Shown: positions 1 through 12,886 of the stretch, piece by piece | Numbering within the stretch: the first letter of the stretch is position 1 | Layout: every line of letters begins with the position of its first letter | Source of the DNA: Neoechinorhynchus agilis | Taxonomy: Eukaryota > Animalia > Acanthocephala | Reading direction: 5' to 3' | Length of the DNA stretch: 64,000 nt | NCBI GenBank assembly: GCA_051530055.1 | Contig: CM121341.1 | Location: 7,356,784-7,420,783, forward strand | The notes under the pieces: model-generated | What the model was told of the DNA's origin: nothing | The model's input: the letters and a program-made list of their open reading frames with translations, nothing else | The model's database searches: none | Position numbers and translations under genes: made by a program

Positions 1-3000
1 GGAGGTGGAGCGATCCAGATTAATGTTTCGGGGTTTTGATGGAAAGCACGTTTACGAGATAGTGACGTCATTTTTAAAAAAAAGGAGATGTTTATTTTGT
101 AGGTCAAAAAAGGGAGGACGAGGTGGAGCGATCCAGATTAATGTTTCGGGGTTTTGATGGAAAGCACGTTTACGAGAAAGTGACGTCATTTTTAAAAAAA
201 AGGAGATGTTTATTTTGTAGGTCAAAAAAGGGATGACGAGGTGGAGCGATCCAGATTAATGTTTTGGTGGTTCTAATGGAAAGCACGTTTACGAGATAGT
301 GACGTCATTTCTTAAAAAAAGGAGATGTTTATTTTGTAGTTCAAAAAACGGAGGAGGTGGAGCGATCCAGATTAATGTTTCGGGGTTTTGATGGATAGCA
401 CGTTTACGAGATAGTGACGTCATTTTAAAAAAAGGAGATGTTTATTTTGTAGGTCAAAAAAGGGATGACGAGGTGGAGCGATCCAGATTAATGTTTTGGT
501 GGTTCTAATGGAAAGCACGTTTACGAGATAGTGACGTCATTTCTTAAAAAAAGGAGATGTTTATTTTGTAGGTCAAAAAAGGGAGACGAGGTGGAGCGAT
601 CCAGATTAATGTTTTGGTGGTTCTAATGGAAAGCACGTTTACGAGATAGTGACGTCATTTCTTAAAAAAAGGAGATGTTTATTTTGTAGGTCAAAAAAGG
701 GATGACGAGGTGGAGCGATCCAGATTAATGTTTCGGTGGTTCTAATGGAAAGCACGTTTACGAGATAGTGACGTCATTTTTAAAAAAAAGGAGATGTTTA
801 TTTTGTAGGTCAAAAAAGGGATGACGAGGTGGAGCGATCCAGATTAATGTTTTGGTGGTTCTAATGGAAAGCACGTTTACGAGATAGTGACGTCATTTTT
901 AAAAAAAGGAGATGTTTATTTTGTAGGTCAAAAAAGGGAGGACGAGTGGAGCGATCCAGATTAATGTTTCGGGGTTATTGATGGAAAGCACGTTTACGAG
1001 ATAGTGACGTCATTTTTAAAAAAAAGGAGATGTTTATTTTGTAGGTCAAAAAAGGGATGACGAGGTGGAGCGATCCAGATTAATGTTTTGGTGGTTCTAA
1101 TGGAAAGCACGTTTGAGATAGTGACGTCATTTTTAAAAAAAAGGAGATGTTTATTTTGTAGGTCAAAAAAGGGAGGACGAGGTGGAGCGATCCAGATTTA
1201 CGTTTCGGGGTTATTGATGGAAAGCACGTTTACGAGAAAGTGACGTCATTTTAAAAAAAGGAGAAGTTTATTTTGTAGGTCAAAAAAGGGAGGACGAGGT
1301 GGAGCGATCCAGATTAATGTTTTGGTGGTTCTAATGGAAAGCACGTTTACGAGAAAGTGACGTCATTTTAAAAAAAAGGAGATGTTTATTTTGTAGGTCA
1401 AAAAAGGGAGGACGAGGTGGAGCGATCCAGATTAATGTTTTGGTGGTTCTAATGGAAAGCACGTTTACGAGATAGTGACGTCATTTTAAAAAAAAGGAGA
1501 TGTTTATTTTGTAGTTCAAAAAAGGGATGACGAGGTGGAGCGATCCAGATTTACGTTTCGGGGTTATTGATGGAAAGCACGTTTACGAGATAGTGACGTC
1601 ATTTTTTAAAAAAAGGAGATGTTTATTTTGTAGGTCAAAAAAGGGAGGACGAGGTGGAGCGATCCAGATTAATGTTTCGGGGTTATTGATGGAAAGCACG
1701 TTTACGAGAAAGTGACGTCATTTTTAAAAAAAAGGAGATGTTTATTTTGTAGGTCAAAAAAGGGAGGACGAGGTGGAGCGATCCAGATTAATGTTTCGGT
1801 GGTTCTAATGGAAAGCACGTTTACGAGATAGTGACGTCATTTTTAAAAAAAGGAGATGTTTATTTTGTAGTTCAAAAAAGGGATGACGAGGTGGAGCGAT
1901 CCAGATTTACGTTTCGGTGGTTCTAATGGAAAGCACGTTTACGAGAAAGTGACGTCATTTTTTAAAAAAAGGAGATGTTTATTTTGTAGGTCAAAAAAGG
2001 GAGGACGAGGTGGAGCGATCCAGATTAATGTTTCGGTGGTTCTAATGGAAAGCACGTTTACGAGATAGTGACGTCATTTTTAAAAAAAAGGAGATGTTTA
2101 TTTTGTAGGTCAAAAAAGGGATGACGAGGTGGAGCGATCCAGATTTACGTTTCGGGGTTATTGATGGAAAGCACGTTTACGAGATAGTGACGTCATTTAA
2201 AAAAAAGGAGATGTTTATTTTGTAGGTCAAAAAAGGGAGGACGAGGTGGAGCGATCCAGATTTACGTTTCGGGGTTATTGATGGAAAGCACGTTTACGAG
2301 AAAGTGACGTCATTTTTAAAAAAAAGGAGATGTTTATTTTGTAGGTCAAAAAAGGGAGGACGAGGTGGAGCGATCCAGATTAATTTTTCGGGGTTATTGA
2401 TGGAAAGCACGTTTACGAGATAGTGACGTCATTTAAAAAAAAGGAGATGTTTATTTTGTAGGTCAAAAAAGGGAGGACGAGGTGGAGCGATCCAGATTTA
2501 CGTTTCGGGGTTTTGATGGAAAGCACGTTTACGAGATAGTGACGTCATTTTTAAAAAAGGAGATGTTTATTTTGTAGGTCAAAAAAGGGAGGACGAGGTG
2601 GAGCGATCCAGATTAATGTTTTGGTGGTTCTAATGGAAAGCACGTTTACGAGAAAGTGACGTCATTTTTAAAAAGGAGATGTTTATTTTGTAGGTCAAAA
2701 AAGGGAGGACGAGGTGGAGCGATCCAGATTAATGTTTCGGGGTTATTGATGGAAAGCACGTTTACGAGATAGTGACGTCATTTTTAAAAAAAGGAGATGT
2801 TTATTTTGTAGGTCAAAAAAGGGAGGACGAGGTGGAGCGATCCAGATTTACGTTTCGGGGTTATTGATGGAAAGCACGTTTACGAGAAAGTGACGTCATT
2901 TTGAAGATAAAGGAGAAGTTTATTTTGTAGTTCAAAAAAGGGAGGAGGTGGAGCGATCCAGATTAATGTTTCGGGGTTATTGATGGAAAGCACGTTTACG

Positions 3001-5039
3001 AGATAGTGACGTCATTTTGAAGATAAAGGAGAAGTTTATTTTGTAGGTCAAAAAAGGGAGGACGAGGTGGAGCGATCCAGATTAATGTTTTGGTGGTTCT
3101 AATGGAAAGCACGTTTACGAGATAGTGACGTCATTTCTTAAAAAAAGGAGATGTTTATTTTGTAGGTCAAAAAAGGGAGGAGGTGGAGCGATCCAGATTT
3201 ACGTTTCGGGGTTATTGATGGAAAGCACGTTTACGAGAAAGTGACGTCATTTTTAAGATAAAGGAGAAGTTTATTTTGTAGGTCAAAAAAGGGAAGACGA
3301 GGTGGAGCGATCCAGATTTACGTTTCGGGGTTTTGATGGAAAGCACGTTTACGAGAAAGTGACGTCATTTTAAAAAAAGGAGATGTTTATTTTGTAGGTC
3401 AAAAAAGGGAGGACGAGGTGGAGCGATCCAGATTAATGTTTTGGTGGTTCTAATGGAAAGCACGTTTACGAGAAAGTGACGTCATTTTAAAAAAAAGGAG
3501 ATGTTTATTTTGTAGGTCAAAAAAGGGAGGACGAGGTGGAGCGATCCAGATTTACGTTTCGGGGTTATTGATGGATAGCACGTTTACGAGAAAGTGACGT
3601 CATTTAAAAAAAAGGAGATGTTTATTTTGTAGGTCAAATAAGGGAGGACGAGGTGGAGCGATCCAGATTAATGTTTTGGGGTTCTAATGGAAAGCACGTT
3701 TACGAGATAGTGACGTCATTTTTAAAAAAAAGGAGAGTTTATTTTTGTCAAAAAAGGGAGGAGGTGGAGCATCCAGATTTAGTTTCGGGGTTATTGATGG
3801 ATAGCACGTTTACGAGAAAGTGACGTCATTTTAAGATAAAGGAGATGTTTATTTTGTAGGTCAAAAAAGGGAGGACGAGGTGGAGCGATCCAGATTAATG
3901 TTTTGGTGGTTCTAATGGAAAGCACGTTTACGAGATAGTGACGTCATTTTTTAAAAAAAGGAGATGTTTATTTTGTAGGTCAAAAAGGAGGACGAGGTGG
4001 AGCGATCCAGATTAATGTTTCGGGGTTTTGATGGAAAGCACGTTTACGAGAAAGTGACGTCATTTAAAAAAAGGAGATGTTTATTTTGTAGGTCAAAAAG
4101 GGAGGACGAGGTGGAGCGATCCAGATTAATGTTTTGGTGGTTCTAATGGAAAGCACGTTTACGAGATAGTGACGTCATTTTTAAAAAAAGGAGATGTTTA
4201 TTTTGTAGGTCAAAAAAGGGATGACGAGGTGGAGCGATCCAGATTTACGTTTCGGGGTTATTGATGGATAGCACGTTTACGAGAAAGTGACGTCATTTTT
4301 TAAAAAAAAGGAGATGTTTATTTTGTAGGTCAAAAAAGGGAGGAGGTGGAGCGATCCAGATTAATGTTTCGGGGTTATTGATGGAAGCACGTTTACGAGA
4401 TAGTGACGTCATTTTAAAAAAAGGAGATGTTTATTTTGTAGGTCAAAAAAGGAGGACGAGGTGGAGCGATCCAGATTTACGTTTCGGGGTTATTGATGGA
4501 TAGCACGTTTACGAGAAAGTGACGTCATTTTTAAAAAAAGGAGAAGTTTATTTTGTAGGTCAAAAAAGGGAGGAGGTGGAGCGATCCAGATTAACGTTTC
4601 GGGGTTATTGATGGAAAGCACGTTTACGAGATAGTGACGTCATTTTGAAGATAAAGGAGAAGTTTATTTTGTAGGTCAAAAAAGGGAGACGAGGTGGAGC
4701 GATCCAGATTAATGTTTTGGGGTTCTAATGGAAAGCACGTTTACGAGATAGTGACGTCATTTTTTAAAAAAAAGGAGATGTTTATTTTGTAGGTCAAAAA
4801 AGGGAGGAGGTGGAGCGATCCAGATTTACGTTTCGGGGTTATTGATGGATAGCACGTTTACGAGAAAATGACGTCATTTTGAAGATAAAGGAGATGTTTA
4901 TTTTGTAGTTCAAAAAAGGGATGACGAGGTGGAGCGATCCAGATTTACGTTTCGGGGTTATTGATGGAAAGCACGTTTACGAGATAGTGACGTCATTTTG
5001 AAGGTAAAGGAGAAGTTTATTTTGTAGGTCAAAAAAGGG
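1..5039. repeat. Tandem satellite, ~119-bp unit, ~42 copies; window starts inside the array
   Basis: Unit GAGGTGGAGCGATCCAGATT...GTGACGTCATTTTTAAAAAAAAGGAGATG...GGTCAAAAAAGGGAGGAC recurs with ~119-bp period (2, 121, 240...); variable A/T tracts; ends at AGGTCAAAAAAGGGG ~5039. Confidence 0.98.
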
Positions 5040-5066
5040 GTCTGCTCGTTAATTTGTCAAGCGAAA

Positions 5067-5288
5067 TTATTTCGGGATGATTGAGTTGGCGGTGTGATGA
5101 TCATAAACCCTCGGATCGTTGTGAAAAATCGCTTTAAAATATCTTTTATCGGGAAGATTATGATCACGGCGAATACGTGATGTATAAACCGAGAAATTGG
5201 ATAAAACGCGTTTCGTTTTTAACGTGGAAAATGCCGTGACGTAACTAAAGGTTACCGCCAAACAAATAAATGCGACATTAATGGGCAT
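5067..5288 (-). CDS. Possible small secreted prepropeptide, 73 aa (unconfirmed)
   Basis: ATG start, hydrophobic N-terminus MPINVAFICLAVTFSYVTA, then KR, RR, KR dibasic sites; no recognised homology. Confidence 0.25.
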   Translation of the reverse strand: MPINVAFICLAVTFSYVTAFSTLKTKRVLSNFSVYTSRIRRDHNLPDKRYFKAIFHNDPRVYDHHTANSIIPK

Positions 5289-6349
5289 AGAAGCATCGCT
5301 TTTTTTTGCAATCTCATTCCGTCATTTTAATCACACAAAAAAAACAATACTTTCAACAAGATTAAAGTGATAAATATTTTGGCCACAGGAGCTTATTTTT
5401 TTGCAGATTTTAGGCGAAAATATTTTTTAATTCGCCTGAAAAATGTTAAAAAGGAATTGATTAAATCAGATATTCCGACGTAAAATCTTGTTCTTTTTTT
5501 AAGATTGCAAATTAATTCAATCTGCATATATTTTTCAAGTTTCTACCACGAACAAACATGAATAATTCAATCGTTCATACATTTTTCTAAAGAATCGATG
5601 TTAAACACATGCAAATATCTCGATTTTCTTAATAGAAACGAGAAAAGGTCGAAGAATGAATCTCGTAATGTTCAACGAAAACGATTAACAAAACGACTAT
5701 GAACGAAAAGGCTTAAATCGATCACGTTCGCCTCATAAACGACAACAGAAAGTAGTATGTCAACAATAGAACAAAAAATAAATCAACAACTTTACAACAA
5801 ATGAAACTTTGTGATCCCCAAGGACTTTCTCTCCGTGATTTAGAGGGTTTTTTAAGGGCGGTGAAAAAATTAAAGCGACTTACCGTACGCGACATTCCAA
5901 TCGTTCCTGAAGAGAATGTGCAAATTGCAAAGCTCCTTTTTCTTTTTACAGCAAATTAACAAGCTAAATAAGCTGCGTTTTCTTCAAATGAAAAGCGCAT
6001 GAAATATCTGGGTTTTGAAATTAAAAAGCACCACACGCCGACGGAGGCAAACATGTGTAACACGTGTTTGCGGCGTTCGACCGCTAAAAACTAAAAACCA
6101 GATGGCCATCATCTGGTGACCGCACCACACACAAAATCAATGAAACGCGAACGTTGTAAAGTTTGCGAGTGAGATTTTTAGTTTGAGAACAGGCAAAAAA
6201 GAATGTTAAATTTGATTAGAAACTTATGGGTCCATTGGGAGGAAATGCTTTGGAGGCCTTGTCACAATCTCTCCTTTGTATCGATAGACTCAAGTGTGCG
6301 CATATATCGAGGGGAAAAAAGAAACGGGAAACGCCGTCTAACAATTGAA

Positions 6350-8436
6350 GAAGTTTTTGTGTGCACAAGTTTTGAAGGCGAAATTCTCGAGTTTCTGTGA
6401 AAAGTTTAGTGTTTCCAACAGTAACACATTGTTAAAATGGAGATCTAAGAGGGTTTTTCTTTTAGAATTAATGGGAATTTCACAAAAAGTAACGCAATTT
6501 TGGACGATTTGGGAGTAGTCAACTAAAGAAGTTTTGTGCACAAGTTTTGAAGGCGAAATTCTCGAGTTTTTGTGAAAAGTTTAGTGTTTCCAATAGTCAC
6601 ACATTGTTAAAATGGAGATCTAAGAGGGGTTTTTAGAGAATTAATGGGAATTTCACAAAAAATAAGGCAGTTTTGGACGATTTGGGAGTAGTCAACTAAA
6701 GAAGTTTTTGTGTGCACAAGTTTTGAAGGCGAAATTCTCGAGTTTTTGTGAAAAGTTTAGTGTTTCCAATAGTCACACATTGTTAAAATGGAGATTTAAG
6801 AGGGGTTTTCTGAGAGAATTCGTGGGAATTTTACAAAAAGTAACGCAATTTTGGACGATTTGGGAGTATTCAACAAAAGAAGTTTTTGTGTTCACAAGTT
6901 TTGAAGGCGAAATTCTCGAGTTTCTGTGAAAAGTTTAGTGTTTCCAATAGTCACACATTGTTAAAATGGAGATTTTAGAGGGGTTTTCTTAGAGAATTGG
7001 TGGGAATTTTACAAAAATAAGACAGTTTTGGACGATTGGGAGTAGTCAACTAAAGAAGTTTTGTGTACAAGTTTTGAAGGCGAAATTCTCGAGACTTTGT
7101 GAAAAGTTTAGTGTTTCCAATAGTCACACATTGTTAAAATGGAGATCTAAGAGGGGTTTTCTTAGAGAATTGGTGGGAATTTCACAAAAATAAGACAGTT
7201 TTGGACGATTTGGGAGTAGTCAACTAAAGAAGTTTTGTGTACAAGTTTTGAAGGCGAAATTCTCGAGTTTTTGTGAAAAGTTTAGTGTTTCCAATAGTCA
7301 CACATTGTTAAAATGGAGATCTAAGAGGGGTTTTCTTAGAGAATTGATGGGAATTTCACAAAAATAAGACAGTTTTGGACGATTTGGGAGTAGTCAACTA
7401 AAGAAGTTTTTGTGTGCACAAGTTTTGAAGGCGAAATTCTCGAGTTTTTGTGAAAAGTTTAGTGTTTCCAATAGTCACACATTGTTAAAATGGAGATCTA
7501 AGAGGGGTTTTCTTAGAGAATTGGTGGGAATTTCACAAAAAGTAACGCAATTTTGGACGATTTGGGAGTAGTCAACAAAAGAAGTTTTGTGTACAAGTTT
7601 TGAAGGCGAAATTCTCGAGACTTTGAAAAGTTTAGTGTTTCCAATAGTCACACATTGTTAAAATGGAGATCTAAGAGGGGTTTTCTTAGAGAATTGGTGG
7701 GAATTTCACAAAAATAAGACAGTTTTGGACGATTTGGGAGTAGTCAACTAAAGAAGTTTTTGTGTCACAAGTTTTGAAGGCGAAATTCTCGAGTTTTTGT
7801 GAAAAGTTTAGTGTTTCCAATAGTCACACATTGTTAAAATGGAGATCTAAGAGGGGTTTTCTTAGAGAATTGGTGGGAATTTCACAAAAAGTAACGCAAT
7901 TTTGGACGATTTGGGAGTAGTCAACAAAAGAAGTTTTGTGTACAAGTTTGGAAGGCGAAATTCTCGAGTTTTTGTGAAAAGTTTAGTGTTTCCAATAGTC
8001 ACACATTGTTAAAATGGAGATCTAAGAGGGGTTTTCTTAGAGAATTGGTGGGAATTTCACAAAAAGTAAGGCAGTTTTGGACGATTTGGGAGTAGTCAAC
8101 TAAAGAAGTTTTGTGCACAAGTTGGGAAGGCGAAATTCTCGAGACTTTGTGAAAAGTTTAGTGTTTCCAATAGTCACACATTGTTAAAATGGAGATCTAA
8201 GAGGGGTTTTCTTAGAGAATTGGTGGGAATTTCACAAAAATAACGCAATTTTGGACGATTTGGGAGTAGTCAACTAAAGAAGTTTTTGTGTGCACAAGTT
8301 TTGAAGGCGAAATTCTCGAGACTTTGTGAAAAGTTTAGTGTTTCCAATAGTCACACATTGTTAAAATGGAGATCTAAGAGGGGTTTTTAGAGAATTGGTG
8401 GGAATTTCACAAAAAATAAGGCAGTTTTGGACGATA
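6350..8436. repeat. Tandem satellite, ~172-178-bp unit, ~12 copies
   Basis: GAAGTTTT(T)GTG unit starts at 6350, 6528, 6701, 6879, 7055, 7229, 7403, 7581, 7753, 7930, 8105, 8279. Confidence 0.97.
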
Positions 8437-11369
8437 TGGAAATAAATGATCGTGCAATTAATTAACGCATTTTAATGGTGGCGGTTTCCGTATTTGAGAT
8501 CATAGGTTAAAAATTCATCGGATTTCTAGTTCCGCATTTAATCGTTTACATTAATGGTTTCTCGATTCGTTCACATCGTCCCATAAAAGTTATAATTCGT
8601 TCAGCTTCAATGCACTTCAAACTATCTTTTTTAAGAAATATGAAGTTTGCGTATATTGACTTTACCCGTGAAGGGTATCATACTTTATAAAAAGATATTA
8701 ACTTATAAATTGCTTACCCACAAGTTAGACAGAAAATGAAGTTCCAATGATTAGTAAGATTCTGGAGCATTGTTTATGTTCAAGTGGACTTTAGGTGGTT
8801 TTTATCGTCGAGATAAGAATAATTAACGGCAAAATTTTAAAATTATTTAGGCCATCATTTTCTTTGAACATTAAAACCATGAAATCCAGACGATGTTGAT
8901 TGTTTAGCGAAGAACGTATCCAATAAAACAAAGAATTTCAAAATCATATAATATCATTTTGCTCGACTTTTTTTAAATCTTACAAAATTCACTGCGGTAA
9001 AAAGTTGTGGTTGAAATAAAATATCTTAGTTTCTATTTTAAGAACTCTAGTCTTAAAGCAGTTTGTATTTATAGGCTTACGTAATCTGAAACAAGGAAAT
9101 AAAGTTTCGATTGTGTACAAAAGTAGTTTATTTCAAATTTAGTCTTTCAGTAATTTCATTACCGAACATAATCAACATATTTCTGAGATCGAAATGTCGA
9201 TTAAATCCCTTTAAAAGTGGAATTCGTTCCAGTGTTTCGCTCTCAGACGGAGAGTCGACTAAAAACACTGAATTGAAGTTAAGAGATTCTCAAGATACCT
9301 ACTAAATATGCGAATAGCCGATACAAAACCTTAAAAGCTGCTTTCGAATAAATAACAGATTCAATAAATTATAACATTTTTGCGCCATATAAAAACCTGA
9401 ACAGTTAAATGCTCAAAACACGTTTGTTGATGTCTAAACGGAAAATCTTAGCCTAAGTTGGGAAACCACGGGAAAGCTTGGAGTCACGTTTCTGTGGTAT
9501 TGGCGTAGATCCATTTTAGCAGGCAAGATTCTTTGACGCCTCGCGAGCTACTCATTGGCACGGTTAAAAGCGAAACATCGTCGTAGAATAAGAAAGGGAA
9601 ACTTTCGGTCATGAGAAAATCCTTCTTCATCTACTTAAATGCCGAATAAACCGACGAAGCACTCAGCCAATTCAACTTTCTTAAGAGCATCTCTTCTCAG
9701 GAGGTTGAGACTTTTCCATTAGTAAGTTAACTCTCGTCCCCACACAATTCTATTAAATCGCTAATTTTGTAAATGGGCATTCGTCTTTTGATGAGTGAAA
9801 ATAGATCGTATTAATAAATAGTTCATCAACAAGTCAAAATCGTTTTCAAAGAAAGTCAGTACTTTAAATTTGGGACAACGTCGCGATGTGAGTTTGAAAC
9901 CGAGTCCGCTTCGAAAATAAAAAAATATCTTAAACAGAACAAAGTTATCGATGAACTACGAAACACGAATCCTTTAAATGATCGCAATTCAATGATGGGA
10001 ACAAACTAACCCGTTATGGTTGTACCACCAAATTCGTGTTTAAACGAAAAATATGGATTTTTCTAACCTTTTGTTGAAATAGAGATTTTAGGTTGAGGTT
10101 CACTTACACATTTTTGCTACTTAAATGCCAAACCGGAGTTTTTCTGAGCTTAAATATGGAAGCTTCAAAAATTTCTCGGTAGTTGTGCCACGTAGAGAGA
10201 AAGTGAGTCGTGTTTGGCGTCGTAAAAAGTATAGCAACGTAGAACGAAAAAAAAGAGCCGGAGAAGAGGAAGTAATTTTGCGCATAAACACTCATGGAAA
10301 ACTCATTGATTGTCAGAATGCAGCGTTTAATACGGGTCCAATCGTCGCGGGTTTTTGTTTCTATATCAACTTTTGAACCTTTCAAAGCTAATCGAAATGT
10401 TCAAATATCGATTTTTCTCGTTATTGACGAGAGATCAACTACCAAATTTTTAGTTTCGATTAGTTATTTCATTTTGATTATGATTTTAAAGTCAAAGTTT
10501 ATCGAAATTTCGTGAGTGTTTTAAAATTCAGCTCTAAGACGGTTCGTGGTATTTGTGTCTAAGATTGGAAACTCCGATATCGAATTTCTTCTTAATGTTA
10601 AGAACGAGTAAACGATGCCGGCTAATAGAATAAAAATAAAAACAGTCTTGAAGGTAATTTCGAGTATTTAACTTATCAGAAAAGTGAACGATATAAGATA
10701 ACCAGTTTCTTATTCTCATTTCCTTTGAAGTTAAATAAAATGTGCAGTTGACTCAAAATCATCAAGTTCATTGGAGTTTTACTACGATTCCTAAGTTAAA
10801 CAAATCCAGTTTAAAGCTTTTCGAAACGTAGAGCTGAGACAATTAAATATCTGGGTGTGATGTCTCCAAGTAAATCTTCATTAATCGCGGCTCGTAAAAC
10901 GAAATCTTCATCCGGTAAATAATTTTTCCATAAAAGACAATTCAAACCCCGTCGGATTAGTCATCAGTTTATTATTAACAACAATCCTAATCACATAACC
11001 CTGGTAATTCACATATCAAAATTTTTGAAATAATCGTATTACATAAAAAAATCAGTGTAGTTTAGTGCCAAGACAGTCTTGAATTCATAAATCGTTCGTT
11101 GGAGACATGAAAGAGTTTTTCAAACCGAAAAACTCAATGTTGAATACGTCTTACAGCATTGTTGGAAAACAAAACTCTAATCGGGGATTTTAGATAAAAT
11201 TTGGGCTGTATTTGGACAAAAATGAAATTCGCAACTTTGATTTGTGTGTCTGGTTGCAGTCCGAGTTTCACTCATCTTAATAATAAGGTTTAATGTTGGA
11301 AACGCTGAGATGGAGATACATTAGCGGAATGTTTATAACAAAATCCAACTATCGCGAAAAGCGTGACCA

Positions 11370-12733
11370 TTAGGCACGCGGGAAGGGCTGATTTGATAGC
11401 CAATCGTAATCATATAGAGGTTGCTGGATAACTTGTCTTTGGTTGTATTCGTTTAGTCCTCTTCGCTTCTGCTCTCCTCTGTTCCTTAAGATTTCCGATA
11501 ATGTAGATTGAGCATTATACACGGAGTCGCTTTCAGTATCAAATTGATATAATTGCCTGGTTGGTCTCGTGTCCTGGAAATTGTTGTAAGTACTCGTGGG
11601 CGTGTTTGATTGGACAACCATTGGCTCTAAATGTTCCTTGATGTTAAATTTGGCGCCTGTTGGTTGTGTAATTGCTTCATTGAGTTCTAGAAAATGTTTT
11701 AAGGAACCTAACACTTCAGGGTCAATTTTGATTTCAGATTCATACGATGTTTCATCTTTTGTCTGACCGTCAAAACTGGACTCGGACTGCTGAGTTGATT
11801 CAAAAGGACGGGTACACGTGACAAGATTTTGGTCCCAGACAAGTCCAGGGGCACAGGATTTCAAATATGCATTGTTCCCGGCTCCACAGTGGACGAACGA
11901 AGTCGCATTGTGTGCGTAGTATTGTTGACCATCAGAACACAGATTCCTGACGCCTTTAAAAATTGATGGAGAAATAATTCTGATTCAAGGATACTGTAGC
12001 GCTTACCGTTGCAACAACATTTGTCAAATACTTTATTCGGGCACTCGCAAATGTAATCATCTGCCCATGAATGGCATTTACCACGTCCACAGGGTTCGTT
12101 ATAGCATGGATCTCCTCGGATCTCACAGTTCAATCCCTTATATCCAGGAGGGCAAGCACATAAATAGGTCCTTCCCGCGTCCAAGCACGTTCCGTTATTC
12201 TCGCAAGGGTTGTGCTCGCAGCTTAGAACTCCATTTGAATTTTGACGTGGCATGCAGCTTTCGGACGATTCGTCAAAGTCGTATCCGCGTGGACATTTAA
12301 TTGCAATGAATTCTCCGTTTCCGGTACACTGGAGGAAAGTATCAGGGCTCGTGCCAAAGCGATGAGTACTTGAAACATATTGAGCTGAGCGTGGTGATAA
12401 ACATGGATTTTGAAACGGTCTTTGACAATCGTGTCCAATCATCCCGTACCCGCAATCGCATAAATAAGTATCCTTTTGTTCCACACAATTCCCATACCTA
12501 CCACATTTCCACCCATTCTTCGTACAGAATCCCCTCGGTTCTTCGTTAGTCTGGACTTCATGAGATATCAAATACTGTCGAGGATAGTTAATATGAAGCT
12601 GGTTTTGAACAGGAAATTTGTTTAACGATCTACGTATCCGATCGAGCTTTTGCGAAAACTTATCATCATCCTGTCCGTAGGGAACTGTGAGTCCCGTTGA
12701 TAAAAGGTATCCCAATAATAAGATCCTAATCAT
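11370..12733 (-). CDS. Secreted EGF + chitin-binding-type-2-like protein, ~436 aa; exons 12733-12007 and 11953-11370
   Basis: Signal peptide MIRILLLGYLLSTG; three EGF-like Cys patterns and two 4-Cys CBM14-like modules; a 53-bp GTAAGC..TTTAAAG intron (12006-11954) joins the two ORFs in frame (CCCNG|VRNLCSDG). Confidence 0.85.
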
Positions 12734-12886
12734 AGATTTTGAACTATATGTGCCGGCTATAGTGGGGTTCAAACGACGTTAAACCCTGAAAAATACTTTG
12801 TGCGCCAAAAATGCGTGCAAATCAATATAAAAAGTTGCACATCAAAACGTGGGCCGCGAGTTATTTAAACTTCACGTGGGCGCAAA
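12734..12886. promoter_or_regulatory. Putative 153-bp bidirectional promoter
   Basis: Only 153 bp separate the ATGs of two divergently oriented paralogues; TATA-like AATATAAAAAG near 12825. Confidence 0.55.

Noticed and set aside
5860-6270. piggyBac-like Cys-rich tail (HHLV...RERCKVC)
   Set aside because: Too decayed; no catalytic-domain motifs or TTAA/TIR support
1-8436. Repeat arrays as CRISPR, and satellite ORFs (1527, 1883, 6708) as genes
   Set aside because: No unique spacers, units are 119 or ~176 bp, context is eukaryotic; the ORFs are chance read-throughs of repeat units
9400-10500. Possible hAT dimerisation-domain relic
   Set aside because: Only a weak LTVPMSS resemblance amid stops
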